A DNA stretch of 64,000 nucleotides, taken from positions 40,256,918-40,320,917 of the forward strand of contig NC_057728.1 in NCBI RefSeq assembly GCF_004010195.1. Direction: 5' to 3'. This DNA comes from Chiloscyllium plagiosum. Lineage: Eukaryota. The notes beneath the pieces were generated by a model. It made no database searches. It saw only the letters and a list, made by a program, of their open reading frames with translations, and was not told where the DNA came from. Of this stretch, positions 53,339 through 64,000 are shown one piece after another (position 1 is the stretch's first letter; each line of letters begins with the position of its first letter). The position numbers and the translations under genes are program-made.

Positions 53339-54319
53339 TTGTATGGGAAGGTGCCCTGGGGGTGTGAAGAGGTGTTGGGAATGAAGGAGGAGTGTACCTG
53401 AGTGCCCCAGAGTGAACAGTCTCAGCAGAATGCTGACAGGGGAGGGGAGGGGAATATATGTATGGTCATTACATCCCGTTAGAGGTTGTAGAAATGGCAA
53501 CTGATATTAGTTTGGATGTAGAGGCTGGTGGAGAGGTAAGGGAGGACCCAGGGTCTCTATCATTGTTGTGGGAAGGAAGGGAAAGGGTGAGGACTGAAAT
53601 GCTGGAGATGGGTTGAACATGGTAGTGGGGAATTCTTAGTTGAGGAAAAAGGTGAATGTTTCTGAGGCCCCATTGCAGAAGGAGGCATCATTAGAACACA
53701 TGCAACGTAGACAGAGAAATTGGAAGGATGGGATGTAATCCGTAAAGGAAGCAGGGTCTGAGAAAGTACAGTCTGGGTGACTGTGAGAATCAGTGAGTTT
53801 GAAGTGGATAGAGGTGACCAGCCTATTCCCAGAAATCAAAACAGAGATATCATGGCAGGGAAGGGACAAGTCAGAGGTGGTCTGGGTGAAGATGAGGGTA
53901 GGTTGGAAATTGGAAGAAAAATTAATAAATTTGTCCAGTTACAGATAAGAGAAGGAAACAGCACCGATAATATCATTGATATACTGAAGAAAGAGTTGTT
54001 GTGTCGGTGCCAGAGTAGCACTGGAACAAGGAATGTTCCATGTATCGCACAAGAGACAGGCAATACTGGGGCCCAATCCGGTAGCCATGGCTACACCTTT
54101 GACCTGAAGAAAGTGCAAGCATGAAAGGAGAAGTTATTCAATGTGAGCTCGAGCTCTGCCAGGTGAGGAGATGTGGTGGTGGAAAAGAATTCTGCCACCA
54201 TTTTCCTGAACTGAGGATACCCCACTACCATGGTTGATAGCGCCTTTAGCCGAGTGTGAGCTATCTCCCGCACTTCTGTCCTCACCTTAAAAACTTAAGT
54301 AGAGGGAATTATAATGAAA

Positions 54320-54640
54320 TCAGGATAGAGAAAAAAAAAACCTGAAAGAATTGTGGATATTGGAAATCAGAAACAAAAACAGAAATGGCTAGAAAATCTC
54401 AGCAGGTCTGTGGAGACAAATTAGACTGAACATTTTGAGTCCAGTAACCTTTCTTCAGAACTGATGGTAGCCTAGGAAAACATTAGTATATATGCAGAAG
54501 ACAATGTAGGGGGTAGGGGGAGGAGTAAATGATAGGTGCAGACAGAGCTCAAAAAGAGAGAAAAACAGTTGGACAGACAGAGGTGTGGGTAAAAGTCAGC
54601 CTGGGAATATGAATAGCTGTTAATGGGGGCTATCATTAAT
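54320..54640 (-). mobile_element. Penelope-like 3' fragment (lineage 4)
   Basis: ggaaatcagaaacaaaaacagaaatggctagaaaatctcagcaggtctg; hammerhead relic at ~54429-54460. Confidence 0.7.
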
Positions 54641-54689
54641 GTGAGGGGCTGAACAGTTTTCTCTTCTTATTATTTCTTATTGTCTTATT

Positions 54690-55540
54690 AAGGAAGTCAG
54701 CCTCTCCCTATAACTCAAACCTTCCAACCTTGGCAACATTCTTGTAAATCTTTTCTGCACCCTTTCAAGTTTTCCAACATCTTTCCTATAGCAAGGAGAC
54801 ATGAATTGAACACTGTATTCCAAAAGTGGCCTTGCCAATGTCCTGTACATCTGCAACATGACCTCCCAACTCCTATAATCATTGCACCGACCAATAAAGG
54901 TAAATGTACCAAATGCCTTTTTCACTACTCTGTCTACCTGCGACTCCACTTTTAAGGAACTATGAACCTGCACTCCAAGGCCTCTTTGTTTGGCATCACT
55001 CTCCAGTGTATAAGTGTATAAGTCTCTGATTTGCCCTACCATCTCAATTACTGTTCACAGTTCTAGTCTATTTATTTACAGAAGGACGTAGATGTATTTG
55101 AGATGGTTCAGAGGAGGTTTACTAGATTGGTATCTGGAATGTGTGGTTTTCCTATGAAGATTGGAATTTAGAAGAGTGCAAAATAATCTTTAGCACATAA
55201 GATCCTCAATGGTCTTGTGGGTCAGCCCAGAACTCAATGCTTCAAATCTAAGACTGTATTAAAATTGGGAGTTGTCCATTTAGGAGAGAGATGAAGTTTT
55301 TTTCTCACTCTTACAGAGCTGTGCAACTTTGAAGCTTTGCCTCAGATGGTGGTGGTGGTGAAATACTTTTAAGGCCTAAGTGTATGATTCTTGTTAGGCA
55401 GGGAATCAAACTTCATCAGGATGGATGGAAATGCAGCATGCTAAATGCAAATAGATAGGCTACAATCTTATTGAATAACGGATCATGCTTCACAGGTTGA
55501 ATTGTCTACCTCCATTCTGAATTTGTATGCTTGTATGCAG
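54690..55540. mobile_element. CR1 RT pieces: minus strand 54690-55020, plus-strand 3' end 55040-55540
   Basis: ORF 54677-55042 LARPLLEYSVQFMSP; gttcagaggaggtttactaga. Confidence 0.75.
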
Positions 55541-56176
55541 TATATCCTAAATAACAATAAAGATTACAGTTCATAAGTAAGTTGTTGGCTGTTCAGTGCA
55601 ATAAGACACCTCAACATCTAGACATCATAAAAAGAGTTTCATTTTTATAGATAACTAACTACATCTGACACAGAATATCCCCTTGTCAGACTGCAAATTG
55701 GAAATATGGCTATATATTGGCTGATTAGCAAAATTAGTGGATGCAATATAATATGGAGTACATATATATGGATTCCTGATATGCACTCCAAAGTTCGAGC
55801 TTAGCACATGAATTTCTAAAATTACTTCTTCTATCCTGAATAACAGATTTCCAATTGGCTATTTTAACCTTTAAAGTGTGCCTGAATCAAGGTCTACCCA
55901 GATTCTGTGTTGTAACTTTTGTCCTTTTTTCGATGGGGTTGTAGGGAGGTCTTGGAGACAGCAACACATCAAAAGTGTGTGATGAAGGAAGTTCTCAACC
56001 AACTTGATCCATTCATATGGGACCTGAACAAAAACAACCTTACCTGCTGAAGGTAGATATGGGTTCTACTGATGAGGCAGTTTGAAAGGTTACAAACTAC
56101 AATCAGGCCAAGGTTATCAGTCCTGTGGAGGAGTGTTTCATTTCTCTCTTCAAGAAAAATGGCTCCTTTCAGAGCT

Positions 56177-56343
56177 ATGATGTGAAGGTGCCGGTGCTGG
56201 GCTGGGGTGGACAAAGTTAAAAGTCACACAACACCAGGTTACAGTCCAACAGGTTTATTTGGAAGCACAAGCTTTTGGAGTGCTGCTCCTTGGTCAGGTG
56301 GCTAGTCCTGGACTATAACCTGGTATTGTGTGATTTTTAACAT
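56177..56343. mobile_element. Penelope-like fold-back insertion (lineage 2) with 10-bp TSD
   Basis: TSD TTTCAGAGCT at 56167-56176 and 56344-56353; homologous to 28397-28620. Confidence 0.82.
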
Positions 56344-58654
56344 TTTCAGAGCTGGCAGTCATCTTAGGAGTGGCAGCAGGCTCCTCTGTCTATTAATGAA
56401 TCATGGTTTATTGTCATTGTACTCTAAAATAAACAACATAGTAAAATACAGTGACAAGTTTCAACCCACACCACACCACAATCCAACACTATCCGTGTTG
56501 AATAGTTTAAGAATAAAAAGAATGACAAGTTACAGCTGAAATAGAGTCAATCTTTGTTTTGTTTCCTCCGCCATAAGTCCTGAGTCGACTCACCTTCTAC
56601 ACCTGCTCTGCCACCTCTCCAGTGCCTGCGCCAGACCCGTGAAGTCACCACTTTTCAGATGCCATCTGTTTGGTGCTGAGACCCATTACAATGGCAGATT
56701 GAGCCTGATGCTACTCAGGCAAAATTGTTGTCAAATTTTGAGCCATTTTTACAAATGTATGAAGATATAAGTATGAGAAGATGTCAATATTCAATACAAT
56801 GCATTATGCTGCGTTCACAATTCAGACAAGTAAAATCCATACCTTGTTGCAGACCCGCAGAAAAGAAATGATTGATGCAGAATAATTATGAGCTTTTATG
56901 CTCATTATATTCTGACTCTCAACTGTTACTTTTCTATCTTCAAATATAATTCAAACAAGTTATAAAACTCATAAAGTTACATCCTTTCATGAAGAGATAC
57001 CACAAATGCGCAGGTAAAAGTTGAGTTTTTGAGACCAATGTTCTAGGTTAACAATCATGTGGAAATGTTGTTACATGGCACTATTTTGTGGTGTTGACAT
57101 ACATACTTAATTTGGACTCAAAAAAGTCTCTGCAGAGGAAGAAACACTAAAGCATTTGTATTAATTAAAATTTATAATCTAACTACTTAATTTGAATAAA
57201 TGAAAACTATATTCATTTTCTTTTAGATAATACTTACACATTTTCAATGACGTCAAATCACTAACATCTCGAGGATCATACTTTGCTTATGAAGTTTCAT
57301 GGCTATGTTCTCTGGAAAACGCAGGTTGACTCTTACCTGAGGTAAATGAAAAGTTAGCCATTTTTAGCTCAAGAAGTGTAGGGTCAACTTTTATGAGCGT
57401 TTTGCACAAATATATACCATATATTATTTCAATTATTCCCCATCCTAGAGATATATTTCAAAAAACATCACTAAAGCTGCAGAATCTCAACAACACTGTT
57501 CAACTGATAATTACATATAGAATATCCTTCATCTATGTGTATCTAAAGTATCAAAGTAATTGGTGAAAAATGTTATTGAATGAAGACTGATTAATTTTCT
57601 GTACTTACAACTGACTTAAACTAATGAAAATATTTGGGATGCTAATAATTTTACCACCCAAGCCCAATAGGGTAGTCTAGCTTTACATACCTAAACATGA
57701 TGAGCAATTTTATTGCTATTCTAAACATCTTAAAGAGTTGATGCCCCTTTAAAATTTTGCCTGAGGCAACTAAACAACTGAGACATTTTCTGTGCAAGGA
57801 CTGTTTCTATTACAATCTACAATCATCTACATTCTTTTGTAAAACATGCAATACATAAGAATAATATTTAGACTGGTATAAAAGGCCTTCAATAATCTTA
57901 GCAATGTTTAGTTTATTTTACAATATATTGATGCTAATTAAAACAATTATTGCATTACTTAAGGAGTAGCAGTAAGACAAAAGATGTGGAAAGTAGTAAA
58001 GAGGTCACCTGAGATAGCTCAATATCAACTATGTGAGAGTGGATAGGTTTTCAGATAGTTAAAATCTCTCACACCACTTGTTTTGAAATGCTGTTTGAGA
58101 AGCACAAATTATCTCACCTTAACAGACATACGAACTTCAATTCACTTTGACTTAATTTACATGATGCATTTTCTACTTACAATGCTGTAAATCCATAATT
58201 TTTATAAATTTTCAGCATAGCCAGATGGAGAAAAACAATATTTGTATTTGGACATAGGGCTAAATGGAATAGTTTTTAAAAAAATTTCAGTAAGTACTAA
58301 AATGACAGATGGAATTCAAACATAGGCTGGTAAACTTTGAGTCAAAGAAACAATATGTTATCCTACTCTTTGATCAGGATGACTGAATATGAAAAATAAG
58401 ATAAGGCTTTGGGGTTTCAAATACATAGGCAACAGCATAAGTAAACAAAGTCATAGGAAATTATTGGAATTGTGTAGTAATGATGAATTATATAATGCAG
58501 TGTCAAATGCAATTTTGTGTTCAATACTATCAGAAGGATTTTGAGACAGCAGAGAAAGAACAGCACAGATTAAGATGTTCCCTTGTATAAGGAAATGAAA
58601 TATGAAAATAGTAATGCTATGGTCAAGAAAGTACATCAAAGTGTCTACTTCCTC

Positions 58655-58750
58655 AAGGGTCGAAAAGTGTAGCGTTGGAAAAACACTTCAGGTCACGCAG
58701 CATCCAAGGAGCAGTAGAGTCGACGTTTCAGGCATAAGCCCTTCATCAGG
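58655..58750 (-). mobile_element. Penelope-like fragment with intact hammerhead core (58722-58749)
   Basis: Minus strand CTGATGA-A-GGGC-TTAT-GCCT-GAAACGTC. Confidence 0.8.
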
Positions 58751-58759
58751 TATGTAACA

Positions 58760-59005
58760 CACGTACCAACAGATTCAAGAACAGCTTCTTTCCCAATGTT
58801 GTCAAAGTTCTGAATGGGCCCCTCAAATTTTAAATTTAAATGTTGATCTCGCTGTTTGTGCACGTTCTCTGCAGCTGTAACACTATTATTTGCTCTGTTC
58901 TATTACCCTAATGCACTTTGAATGGTATGATTTGCCTGTACTGCACACAAAACAAACCTTTTCACTGTACCTAGGTACATTTGACAATAATAAATCAAAT
59001 CAATT
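58760..59005 (+). mobile_element. Rex1/Babar-type LINE 3' end
   Basis: RTNRFKNSFFPNVVKVLN-like ORF end; tail ttttcactgtacctaggtacatttgacaataataaatcaaatcaa. Confidence 0.75.
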
Positions 59006-60094
59006 GGAAAACAAAAAATGTTTTTCATTGAAACAGAGATCAATGTGATGAAGGCTTAAGAGGAATAGATATAAATAGGTTGTATCTGTCATTAAAATAT
59101 GACTAGACATAGATGTTTGACCAAATAAGTCTTAGGACAGAGGGCAGGAGAAACTTTATTTTCAAGCTGGTGTCAGTCACACTCAAAAATACATGACTAA
59201 CAAGATCAATTAGAACAGACACCATGCGAATCTTGAAGGGAATGAATTAGATACATGATTAAAGGCAAAATAGAATATAGAGATATGACAATAGGACAAG
59301 GAAGTAGCATTAGGGCAATTGCATATGGAGGATTAAAGGCTCTCTAGTTCTGAATTCTATGCTAAATTCTATGTAATTCTAAGCAATTCATTATCATAAC
59401 AACATGACCTTCATAAAACTATTTCCAAAGAATTTCCTGGGGTGGAATGTGCAATTTTGCAAATGCATATTAATTTTATGAGTATCCTGATTGAGATCAA
59501 GCTTTCAGATTATATCATAAGTACAATACCAAAGGTTAAACTGCTAATGACTTTTACCTGTTTCCTGGATGAGATTTTAAGAGATGAAATGATTGTAATG
59601 TTGGTGAATGCTAATGGAAGGACAGACGTTAATTCATTGAACAAGAATCTATAATCAGTTGAAATATAATCATTTTTAACTAAATGATAGTGTAAGTCTA
59701 AGAGGTAGTATACAGCCGCTATAATAATTCCATTTGCACAGCTGACCATAAACCATTTATGGCATGAAGTGGTATTTAACTGCTCTTAGAAGTATTTCTG
59801 ATGATTCAGCAATGGCAAATGCAACAAATTAACAGCCCACTGTGAACACAGCTTGAAATGTTTCCTGTGTATGCAATAATTGTTGCCACTTTTCTGTGGC
59901 TCAAACAATGTTCTAGGTGATACCAAATTGTTCAACATGGAGTCCTATCTAAAGGATAATACCTTTGTGAAAAACCTGCACACCTTCTCCCAGAGTATGA
60001 TATTATTTTCTTGAAATTGTTTCGAAATAAAATCTTCGTGCTGATACAAAAAAAATCACAGTTTCATTCTCACATGAACTTAATTACCTGATTG

Positions 60095-60440
60095 CATAGA
60101 ATCCCTACAGGGCAGATAGAGGTAATTTGGCCTAATAAGTGTGCACTGACCCTCTGAAGAGCATCCCACCTTATCCTTATCCCCTACAGTTACCAAAGTT
60201 AACCCACCTAGCATGCACATCCCTGGGCAAATCCCTCGACACTACAGGGCAATTTAACATGGCTAATCCACCCAACCTGTATATCTTTGGATTGAGGGAG
60301 GAAACTAGAGTACCTGGCAGAAACCCACACAGACACAAGGAGAACGTGCAAACGCCACATGGACAGTTGCCTAAGGCTGGAATCGAACCATGGTCCCTGG
60401 CTCTATAAGGCAACCAACCTAACCACTGTGCCATCATACC
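60095..60440 (-). mobile_element. HE1-like SINE
   Basis: tRNA head gatggcacagtggttagg...ggttcgattcc, central core and CR1-like tail. Confidence 0.85.
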
Positions 60441-62334
60441 ATCCAGTACTTGCAGGATAGTATATTTATGTAGAATACTTCATAGATTAACAGGGCGGAA
60501 ACCTATATGAGCCTGAGTGATGTTGGCTATAGTAAGATTTGTGGCAGAATTACACAAGGTGTCTAGCGAGGCTTATCTTGATGTTAGGAGCAACTCATTG
60601 CGTCTTTTTATGTGTGTGCTAAGTGATGAGGTGAGTTCTTGTCTAGGTAGCAGCAAATTAGCAAGTAAGGGTGATTATAGCTTATTAAACCCGTTAAAAT
60701 GATTTTATGGATATTTTGTTTGTGATCCAAAGCTAAATCTTGATGCATCTGTAGAAACATTTATCACAGTTACTGCTGGTTAATTTGCCTATGCTATTGA
60801 ACTGTAACTAATTTAATTTTTATATTTTCTGTATTCAAAGGTTTCTGGCATAATTGAATACTTAGTATTTGATGGAATTGTGAATATTGTTTCTCCACCA
60901 GTAGGTGCAGTTGTCATGGTTAATATCAATATGGACTGAATGCAGTACAGTGAGGGGTGGAGTGCAAGAATCCAGAAGAAACATCCCTGGTTGTCATAAA
61001 TAGAAGAAATATAATTGAGATGATATACTTCTGTTGTGATACTAGTACAGAAAATGCATATAATTATCATTTTGTTTTTCGCATTTTGTAATGGTGAAGA
61101 TGTTTAGATAAAATGACATGGAAAGGAAAATATTTGTTTGACTCATTAGTGTGAAATACCAGTTCTGGTGTCAATACCACTGATGTAAAGCCAAAGACTT
61201 CCATGTGCTTAGAAACGTGTTTGAGGACCTTCTGATACAATTTTCAAGCCTGCTAATTAGCCAATTTTTACACCTTGGAATAATATAATATGTATAAGAC
61301 CAGTGAAGACCTAATCAGCTCACCAATTTGTTCAGTTTTAGTGCATCTGATCCTGTACCCTCTCAAATATCCTATTTTAAGTTCTAGAAATATAAATATA
61401 AATATAAAAATAACTTTTTAAGAAGATCTTAAAGTTGGAAGAAAGCATTTTGACAAAAGAAAATCACATAAAAGGCCCACAAATTTTATTATAAATTAAT
61501 TCATAAAATGAATTCTAGATTCATGCCTGGTTTCTTGCCAAAAAATGTTGCTTTGCTCAAGTATGTAGTGAAAATATACCAGAAATGAATGAGGAAATTC
61601 ACCCTCAATGTACTGCCCAATCTAAATTTGATTGGAATGTTATTTCATATGCCACAAAAGCAAGCAGAGAAAAAGAAAACAATTCTGAACAACATTTTTA
61701 AAATGTTTGCTCAAATTACCTGTACTGGCTTCTCACTGCTCCTAACAAACCATACAACTGAATGATCATTTCCCCTCTCTTACCACCAAACTTCATGGGG
61801 ATGTCCTACAGAGAGGAGGGACAACATGGAGTAAGGGAAAGGTGGGAAGTAGAGGCACATGCCTGAATTGGGAGGACCAGGCAGGTCTCTGCAAAACCCT
61901 TCAATGCCGCGCCAGTTCGGTGGAGGTCCACACGATTCACAACTTTGCCATTCAAAAGGACTAAACTTTTGAGAGGCGTCCAAGTATCATTGGAGACCAA
62001 ACTAAAAAGAAGAGGAAACATAATGATCTGGACTCAGAAAATTCTTCAGGTGATAGGATAAGGGAATATATAATGACGGCAGTCGTCTCTGGAACACGCT
62101 AACTTTGACACTAGAGCCTTACATTCTTCTCCCCAACCTTGCAGCAAAGGGACAATCTCTCATTCAGTTTTTGTTGTACTTTGCATCAGTTATTTGCCTC
62201 AGTGTTTCTGCTAATGTGAATGTTTAAGCTAGCACTAAACAAGTGTAGTCTTTCTATATGACTGGCTCACATAATTAACAGAACACAACATTAGTGCACA
62301 TTGTATTTTATTATGAAAAGTGAAAATCTCTTCT

Positions 62335-62636
62335 ATGGTGGCTCAGTGGTTGGCACTGTAGCCTCACAGCTCCAGGGACGTGGGTTCAATTCCCACCTCG
62401 GGCAACTGTCTGTGTGGAGTTTGCACAATCTCCCCTCTGGGTGCTCCAGTTTCCTCCCACAGTCCAAAGATGTGCAGGTTAGGTGAATTGGCCGTGCTAA
62501 ATTGCCCATAGTGTTAGGTACATTAGTCAGGGGTAAATGTAGGGGAATGAGTCTGGGTGGGTTGCTCTTTGGAGGGTCGGTGTGGACTTGTTGGGCCGAA
62601 GGGCCTGTTTTCATACTGTAGATAATCTAATCTAAT
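62335..62636 (+). mobile_element. HE1-like SINE
   Basis: ggtggctcagtggttggcact...gggttcaattcc; tail gggccgaagggcctgttttcatactgtagataatctaatctaatc. Confidence 0.9.
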
Positions 62637-62771
62637 CATGACCATGCTTCCTCTGGTAAAAACACTTGGGATGATGACCGGGAATAACAGGTGAGGTGGC
62701 TGTCACAGCTCAGGCTGAAAGAACAACACAGTCACAGATTTAAGATTATCAAAGATATATCAAAGCTTTCA

Positions 62772-64000
62772 AGTCATCGATTCATAGAGTCGTGCAGCAC
62801 AAAAACAGACCCTTCTATCCAACTCATCCATGCTGACCAGATATCCTAAATTAATCTCGTCCCATTTACCAGCATTTGGCCCATAAACCACTAAATCCTT
62901 CCTATTCATACACAGACCCAGATGCCTTCTAAATGTTGTTATTGTACCAGTCTCCACCACTTCCTCTGGCAGTTTATTCCATACACGCACTACCCTCTGC
63001 ATGAATAAGTTGTCCTTTAGGTCCCTATTATATCTTTTCCCTCTCACCTCAAACACATGCCCTCTATTTTTGACAACCCTACCCTAGGAAAAGAGACCAT
63101 GACTTTTCACCTTATCCATAGCCCTCATGATTTTATAAACCTCCAGAGAAAATGCCCTAGCCTATTCAGCCTCTCCCTAAAACTCAAAACTCCAGTCCTG
63201 GTAACATCCTTATAAATGTCTTCTGCACCCTCTCAAGTTTACCAACACCTTTTCTGTAGAAGGGCAACCAGAATTGTACACAGTATTGTATAAGTGGTCT
63301 CACCAGTGTCCTGTACAGCTGCAACATGACCTCCCAACTCCTATATTCAAAGTTCTGACCAATGAAGGACAAGCACACCAAGTGCCTTCTTCATCACCCT
63401 GCAACTCCACTTGCAAGGAACTGTGCATTTGCATAGATCCCTAAGTCTCTTTATTCAGCAATACTCCCCAGGGTCCTACCATTAACTGTATAACTCCTGT
63501 CCTGGTTTGCCTTCTCAAAATACAACACCTCATACTTATCTAAATTAAACTCTACCTGCCACTCCTCAGTCCATTGGGCCATCTAAACAAGGTCCCTCTG
63601 TACTCTGAGATAATCTTCTTCACTGTCCACTGCACTGCCAATTTTAGTGTCATCTTCAAACTTACTAATCATTGCTTCCTACATTACACCCTAATCATTT
63701 ATATAAATGACAAAAAGCAGTATACTTAGCACCGATCCTTTTGGCACACTGCTGGTCACAGGCCTTCAGTCCAAAATGCAATCCTCCACCACGATCCTCT
63801 GTCACCTATCTTCAAGCCAATTTAGCATCCAATTGGCTAGCTTTCCCAGGATCCCATTTGATTGAACATTACTGACCAGTGTATCATTCAAAACCTTTGC
63901 TGAAGTCCATATAGATAACGTCTGTCACTGTGCCATCATCAATCTTCTTTGTCACCTCTTCAAAAAAGTTTGTGAGACATGATTTCCCATGCACAAAGCC
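62772..64000 (-). mobile_element. CR1 LINE RT and 3' end, runs off the window
   Basis: LVRPLIQYCVQFWLP; NLFMQRVVRVWNKLPEEVVETGT. Confidence 0.9.

Larger units (their letters stand above)
50722..54200 (-). mobile_element. Old Penelope-like element (RT + GIY-YIG relic) hosting nested SINE, CR1 and a younger Penelope
   Basis: RT relics VTSIHFKLTDSHSHPDCTFSDPASFTDYIPSFQFLCLRCMCS and QVKGVAMAT; hammerhead at 51155-51184. Confidence 0.8.

Noticed and set aside
57237..57445. Exon-like splice signals on both strands
   Set aside because: Every acceptor-donor pairing I tried has stops in all frames; a non-coding exon cannot be excluded.
61806..61862. GC-AG intron joining ...LPIQ to DIPMKFG
   Set aside because: At 57 nt it is very short for a vertebrate intron and has no supporting evidence.
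61987..61989. In-frame TGA as selenocysteine
   Set aside because: No recognisable selenoprotein motif and no SECIS element identified.
62335..62400. tRNA genes at the SINE heads
   Set aside because: A and B boxes are present but run into SINE core and LINE-type tail; they are multi-copy and degenerate.
1..64000. CRISPR array or prokaryotic operon-like system
   Set aside because: Vertebrate repeat landscape; no regularly spaced direct repeats and no gene-dense region.

Overview
This 64-kb window is repeat-dense, AT-rich vertebrate DNA. The HE1-type SINEs, HER1/CR1 LINEs and Penelope-like elements point to a cartilaginous fish (shark); this is inference from repeat content. I recognise no intact host protein-coding gene, so it is probably intergenic or intronic. 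The long ORFs I can assign are decayed CR1 LINE ORF1/ORF2 or Penelope GIY-YIG/RT fragments. Notable structure: (1) about ten minimal hammerhead-ribozyme motifs from four sequence-distinct Penelope-like lineages, many inside short fold-back insertions flanked by 9-16 bp target-site duplications; (2) a fossil PIF/Harbinger transposase split by two such insertions, which can be reassembled; (3) an old ~5.06-kb tandem duplication; (4) SINE/LINE pairs with shared 3' tails, including a possibly uncatalogued Rex1-tailed short element; (5) a few unassigned exon-like segments. Repeat boundaries were read by eye and are approximate unless a TSD is given.
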